Shown in pieces: positions 34,146-34,824 of a stretch of DNA of 34,824 nucleotides. The translations under genes and the position numbers were made by a program. The notes under the pieces were generated by a model, which did no database searches, was not told the DNA's origin, and was given only the letters and a program-made list of their open reading frames with translations. The stretch is from Candidatus Thorarchaeota archaeon. GTDB lineage: Archaea; Asgardarchaeota; Thorarchaeia; Thorarchaeales; Thorarchaeaceae. Each line of letters opens with the position of its first letter. The first letter of the stretch is position 1. Where the stretch lies: positions 1-34,824 of the forward strand of contig JBHLRQ010000027.1 in the NCBI GenBank assembly GCA_048882385.1, in the 5' to 3' direction.

Positions 34146-34824
34146 TTAGATTATGCCTACCTGCTTTCCGATCTTCTCATAAGCGGCTAACGCAACATCC
34201 AGCTGCTCTTTGGTCAGACCAGAATTCATCATGTTTCGAATCCTTGCAGCATCGCGTGCAACCATTGGGAATACGATAGGCAGCGCTAGGATTCCTTCCT
34301 TGTACAGTCCGTCACTCAGAGCAACTGCTTTACTACTCTCACCAGTCATGGCTGGTATAATAGGCGTTTGACTCTTTCCTGTGTCATAGCCCATCTGTTG
34401 GAGTCCCTTGATGAAGTATTCACGGTTGTCCCAGAGAGTCTTCACATGTTCCTCTTCGGTTTCAAGGACATCTATTGCTGCTATGCAAGCCGCTGCAGTT
34501 GCTGGCGGATGTGAAGCACTGAGTAACCATGAACGACTCTTGTTCAGTGCGAAATTTACCATGTCGCGACTTCCAGACACGTGACCACCCATAACGCCGA
34601 ATGCCTTCGAGAAGGTTCCCATCTCAAAATGAACGTCATTATGTGTCAGATTGAAGTGTGAAACGATACCCCTTCCGCCTTTTCCAAGAACCGCCTCCCC
34701 ATGAGCATCGTCCACATAAATCATTGCGCCATGTGGCTTTGCGGCTTTGACAATTCCGTCAAGTGGGGCAATATCTCCGTCCATTGAAAAGACACCATCT
34801 GTGATGACAAGCATCTTCTTAGGA
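34146..34824 (-). CDS. Alpha-oxoamine synthase (2-amino-3-ketobutyrate CoA ligase / 8-amino-7-oxononanoate synthase), 5'-truncated by the window edge
   Basis: ITDGVFSMDGD, VDDAHG, GTFSKAFG (PLP Lys), SQTPIIP, IVFPMV...ARIR. Confidence 0.92.
   Translation of the reverse strand, partial: PKKMLVITDGVFSMDGDIAPLDGIVKAAKPHGAMIYVDDAHGEAVLGKGGRGIVSHFNLTHNDVHFEMGTFSKAFGVMGGHVSGSRDMVNFALNKSRSWLLSASHPPATAAACIAAIDVLETEEEHVKTLWDNREYFIKGLQQMGYDTGKSQTPIIPAMTGESSKAVALSDGLYKEGILALPIVFPMVARDAARIRNMMNSGLTKEQLDVALAAYEKIGKQVGII

Noticed and set aside
1-34824. CRISPR arrays, tRNA/rRNA genes, IS elements, integrases
   Set aside because: No regularly spaced repeats, cloverleaf-like sequences or transposase/recombinase motifs were seen by eye, and intergenic gaps are short.

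Overview
An archaeal chromosomal segment, most likely from an Asgard archaeon (Thorarchaeota-like). This is inferred from longin-small GTPase fusion proteins, an F420-type LLM oxidoreductase, DUF3303, and archaeal TldD/E and wHTH proteins. It is gene-dense, and I saw no rRNA, tRNA, CRISPR array or transposase. Ordinary content: DODA dioxygenase, radical SAM/SPASM enzyme, SufS, a polar amino-acid ABC transporter, GNATs, TldD/TldE, a beta-CASP nuclease, NadA, a HAD hydrolase, Ppa, a CaCA antiporter and a Kbl/BioF-type enzyme. Highlights: (1) two tandem paralogues with longin-(small GTPase)-longin-wH-wH architecture, one with intact G-motifs and one a pseudo-GTPase, whose C-terminal halves resemble GATOR1 NPRL2/3; (2) an NAD kinase-fold/wHTH fusion with a degenerate GGDG motif and an apparent ACG start codon, divergent from nadA across a perfect TTGGCAA-N3-TTGCCAA palindrome, which is a candidate NAD-sensing regulator and operator; (3) an Alw26I/Eco31I/Esp3I-type m6A plus circularly permuted m5C methyltransferase pair with no adjacent endonuclease; (4) three disrupted genes that the ORF track does not resolve. 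All family calls come from motif recognition by eye; no database searches were run.
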